NCBI RefSeq assembly: GCF_036971445.1
Contig: NC_091473.1
Location: 236,716,001-236,780,000, forward strand
Direction of reading: 5' to 3'
DNA: 64,000 bases
From: Narcine bancroftii
Lineage: Eukaryota
Shown: piece after piece, positions 61,025 to 64,000 of the stretch
Position numbering within the stretch: position 1 is the stretch's first letter
How the letters are laid out: every line of letters starts with the position of its first letter
The notes under the pieces: generated by a model
Told to the model about the DNA's origin: nothing
What the model saw: the letters and a program-made list of their open reading frames with translations, nothing else
Database searches by the model: none
Made by a program: the position numbers and the translations under genes

Positions 61025-61948
61025 TTATTCTAAACTTAATCATATTATAAATAGTCCTTCTCAAGGGTTTGCCATGATCTCCTTATCTGCTTTTTAAACT
61101 GAACTCCAGGAAAAAAAATGCTACCAGCTACAAACACTAATGACATTGCAAATGTGTCTAACAGTAGTACTTTGGTGTGCTGATCTGAAATACTTGCACA
61201 ACATCCATTGTGAGGACAGTTATTTTTTTGCAATTTCCCATTTTGGAACTTAATTGTCTTTAAATTGCAAAGGTTTCAACATCTTTCCAATCCAACCACA
61301 TTGATTAGTGCTTGTAAAGCCTAGATATTACAGTTGATTCTCTCAAACAATTTAATATCCTAATAATTACAATGATGGGTTAAACTTGAGAAACTTAATT
61401 GGTTGTAGAGTGCATTAAGACACCAGGAGATCAAAAAAAGCATGATTTGACTTTCCAAATTTCTTGTACTACAAACATATTGAAATTAATTTGTGTTCAA
61501 TATTGTGTTAGGTTGCACAATACTGGTGCTACTGTATTCCTGTACAATCTGCACTGGCAATGTCTCATTCACGTATGTGCTTCATCAATCGCTTTCACCA
61601 CAGATCGAGAAAAAACATATGAGAAAACAAACCAAATATAAATAACGATTTAATTTCACTCATGTGGGCACATTTACTATCTGAATTCATCCTTGGTCAA
61701 TAATATCAAATCTGCAAAATAGAAGCGATTGTGCATTGCACTGCACCATTGAAACTCCTTCCATTAAATGCACCACACGCACACTGGGATGAATTTTAAA
61801 GCAAAGGACTAACCATGACGAATGCATCATTAAATTCCAAACGTTCAACTTATTGAATTTATATATATATATTCTTATATAATTCCTCATATCAATGTGA
61901 TATTTTGCTTTAAATAAAGCATTCACTAACATCCCACATTCTTCTTCT

Positions 61949-62186
61949 GGACGGCACAATTAGCGTAGCAGTTAGCACAATGCCTTTATAGCCATCGATT
62001 GGGATTTGGGTTCAAATCCTGCGCTGTCTATAGGAAGTTTGTACGTTCTCCCCATGTCTGCCTGGACTTTCCCCGGGGACTCCAGATTCCTCCAACTGCT
62101 CAAAACGGGTTAATTGGGTGCAAATTGGGCAGCACAGACTTGTGGGCCAAAATGGCCCATTACCCTGCTGTATGTCTAAATTTAAA
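61949..62186 (+). mobile_element. tRNA-derived HE1/V-SINE-like element
   Basis: GGACGGCAC head, GGTTCAAATCC B-box, V-SINE core, CR1-like tail. Confidence 0.82.
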
Positions 62187-62416
62187 ATGTAAACACTTAA
62201 ACCAAGATAATACATTGTCTCAATTTCATAGCATTCACTATTAGTCCCTTTTTTTTATTTCATCCATTTTACAGCTTCAAAGGAAAATCTTCTAGAACAT
62301 CAATGCTGAACATCCAGGTCCCACAAATTGCATGAGTGTGAATTATTTACTGTTAGATTAGTAAATGACTATTTTTTTTCATAATCTTCAAGAAAAAAAC
62401 ATGGAACATATATGTA

Positions 62417-62756
62417 GAGTAAAAATCCTAAAATCCGGACTGCTCAGGGATTGGGTCAGTTTGGACATTCCAGATTCTTGGACAGTACTTTCAAAATTCA
62501 AATTTAAGGAGAATAAACAGGTAAATTTTGATAGTTTATTAAAACATTTTTCATATAAAATACAAAAGTTACAAATATTTTTTTCCACCACTTCTGCATA
62601 GTCGCATATTGCTGTTTTGCACCTGTGGTGTTTACATGCACACACACAAAAGTTGCGAGTTTTTGTGAAGTCCAGATTCTCAGGTGGTCTGAATTTCAGG
62701 TGAGAGTTTTCAAGAAGTCCTGATCTGAGGGTGGTCCAGATTTCTGACTTTTACTG
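62417..62756. mobile_element. Tigger-like MITE
   Basis: TA|GAGTAAAAATCCTAAAATCCGGAC ... GTCCAGATTTCTGACTTTTACTG|TA. Confidence 0.6.
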
Positions 62757-62789
62757 TATTGCACAATAGCACAGAGCATAAATCAAGAT

Positions 62790-63125
62790 AGCACAGAAAC
62801 AGGCCATCAACCTATCATGTCTGCACCAACCATAGGCCAATCTAAACTAATAATGTCTGCCTGCATATCACCATTTATCTCTATTCCCAGCATGTTTTAT
62901 GTAACGTATCTAAATGAATCTTAAATGTTGCTATGATATCTGCTTCCACCACCTCCCCTAGCAACAAGTTCCAGGCATTTATCACTCTCTGTATACAAAA
63001 TTTTCTTCAGAGGTTTACTTTAAACTTTATCTCTGTCACTTTAAACCAATTTCTTCTTGCATTTGAAATTTACACCCTGGGGAAAAGACTCTTTGTCCTA
63101 TCAAAACACCTCATAGTTTTATACA
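62790..63125 (-). mobile_element. CR1 LINE 3' end
   Basis: CR1 3' ORF/UTR similarity (RVINAWNLL...FKIHLD on minus). Confidence 0.7.
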
Positions 63126-63983
63126 CAGTACAACTCCAATTATCTGAAATGGTTTTATGTCCAATAAACTTTTTTTTGGAGAACTGGTCATTTTTTTAAA
63201 AACAGCTCAGTAGCAACAAACAGCAAATTATTTGTATCAATGTTTAAACAGCAACAAATAATAAGGGTAGGCTTTTTAAGCATTAAAATAATGTTTAATC
63301 CTCACCAAAAAACGCTGGCCACCGCCGAGCACTGAGACAAACCCAACACTACCAGAAATCACCGAGATCTCCCAACCGCCACTGCCAATCCCCGACATGA
63401 ACCCACTACTGCCACTGATTCCTGGGAAGGCTTCCCAGGCTGGTGGAACACTCACTGGTGAGTCAGCGGGATCCTGTCTCCTTGGTCACTGGAGCTCCCA
63501 ATGCCAGAATCCCAACACCGGAGTCCCGACTCCGAATCCTCTCTTAGCCCTACTTCACACACACAACGGGGAAGTAGGCTGAGGGGAGGATTCGGAGTCA
63601 GCGTCCGGTGACCCAAGGAGGGAGGGAGGGAAAGGGATAGGAGGGGAGAGGAGGGAACGCCACTGAGCCCGTGGTCCCACTTCAGCACAGGAGGTCACTC
63701 TCCTTGATGATGCTGGGGCAAGGAATTCTTCCGACTGCTTGCAGCTGGGAGTAAGTGACACACAGTTCAAGAGGGAGAGTTGGAGAGAAAAGTTAATAGA
63801 GGAAGGTAAAGAAGAAATGGAAAGAGAGAGGGGAGGGAGTTATCTGAAACTAGGACAATCAGCATTTTAATTTCATGTCAAGTGATTTTTTTTTCATCCT
63901 GTGAGTTCAGTTTGGATCTGAAAAAAATTATGTATAAATGAGGATTTCAGAGAATCTGATCTTGTATAATCAGAATTGTACTG
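63126..63983. mobile_element. Tigger-like non-autonomous DNA transposon
   Basis: CAGTACAACTCCAATTA ... TAATCAGAATTGTACTG|TA imperfect TIRs. Confidence 0.6.
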
Positions 63984-64000
63984 TACTTCTGTATGATCAC

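Noticed and set aside
60554-61033. 159-aa ORF as a host zinc-finger gene
   Set aside because: Only the central ~35 aa are protein-like, and they belong to a deleted Chapaev3 transposase.

Overview
Eukaryotic, CpG-depleted, transposon-dominated vertebrate DNA. The HE1/V-SINE-like tRNA SINEs together with CR1, Rex1/Babar, Penelope-like, L1-like and RTE LINEs point to an elasmobranch (shark/ray) genome (inference). I cannot recognise any intact host protein-coding gene. The only clear host landmark is a CpG-island promoter at ~22.7-23.3 kb, with a few candidate small minus-strand exons running leftwards. Nearly all ORF-track hits are TE fragments or their antisense frames. The most notable structures are: (i) a perfect 68 x 20-bp tandem array expanded inside a Penelope-type terminus next to the CpG island; (ii) two young RTE/BovB-like insertions with 5' inversions and target-site duplications (twin-priming-like); (iii) a composite hAT MITE made of two inverted mini-MITEs, with a single-unit form also present; (iv) a short Rex1-CR1 chimeric retroposon present twice; (v) a ~600-bp near-identical inverted duplication; (vi) Chapaev3 transposon remnants, solo LTRs, a deleted Gmr1-type Gypsy element and a bipartite Bov-A-like RTE derivative. 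No CRISPR array, rRNA or tRNA gene is supported. Boundaries of old repeats are approximate and family names come from recalled motifs, not database searches.
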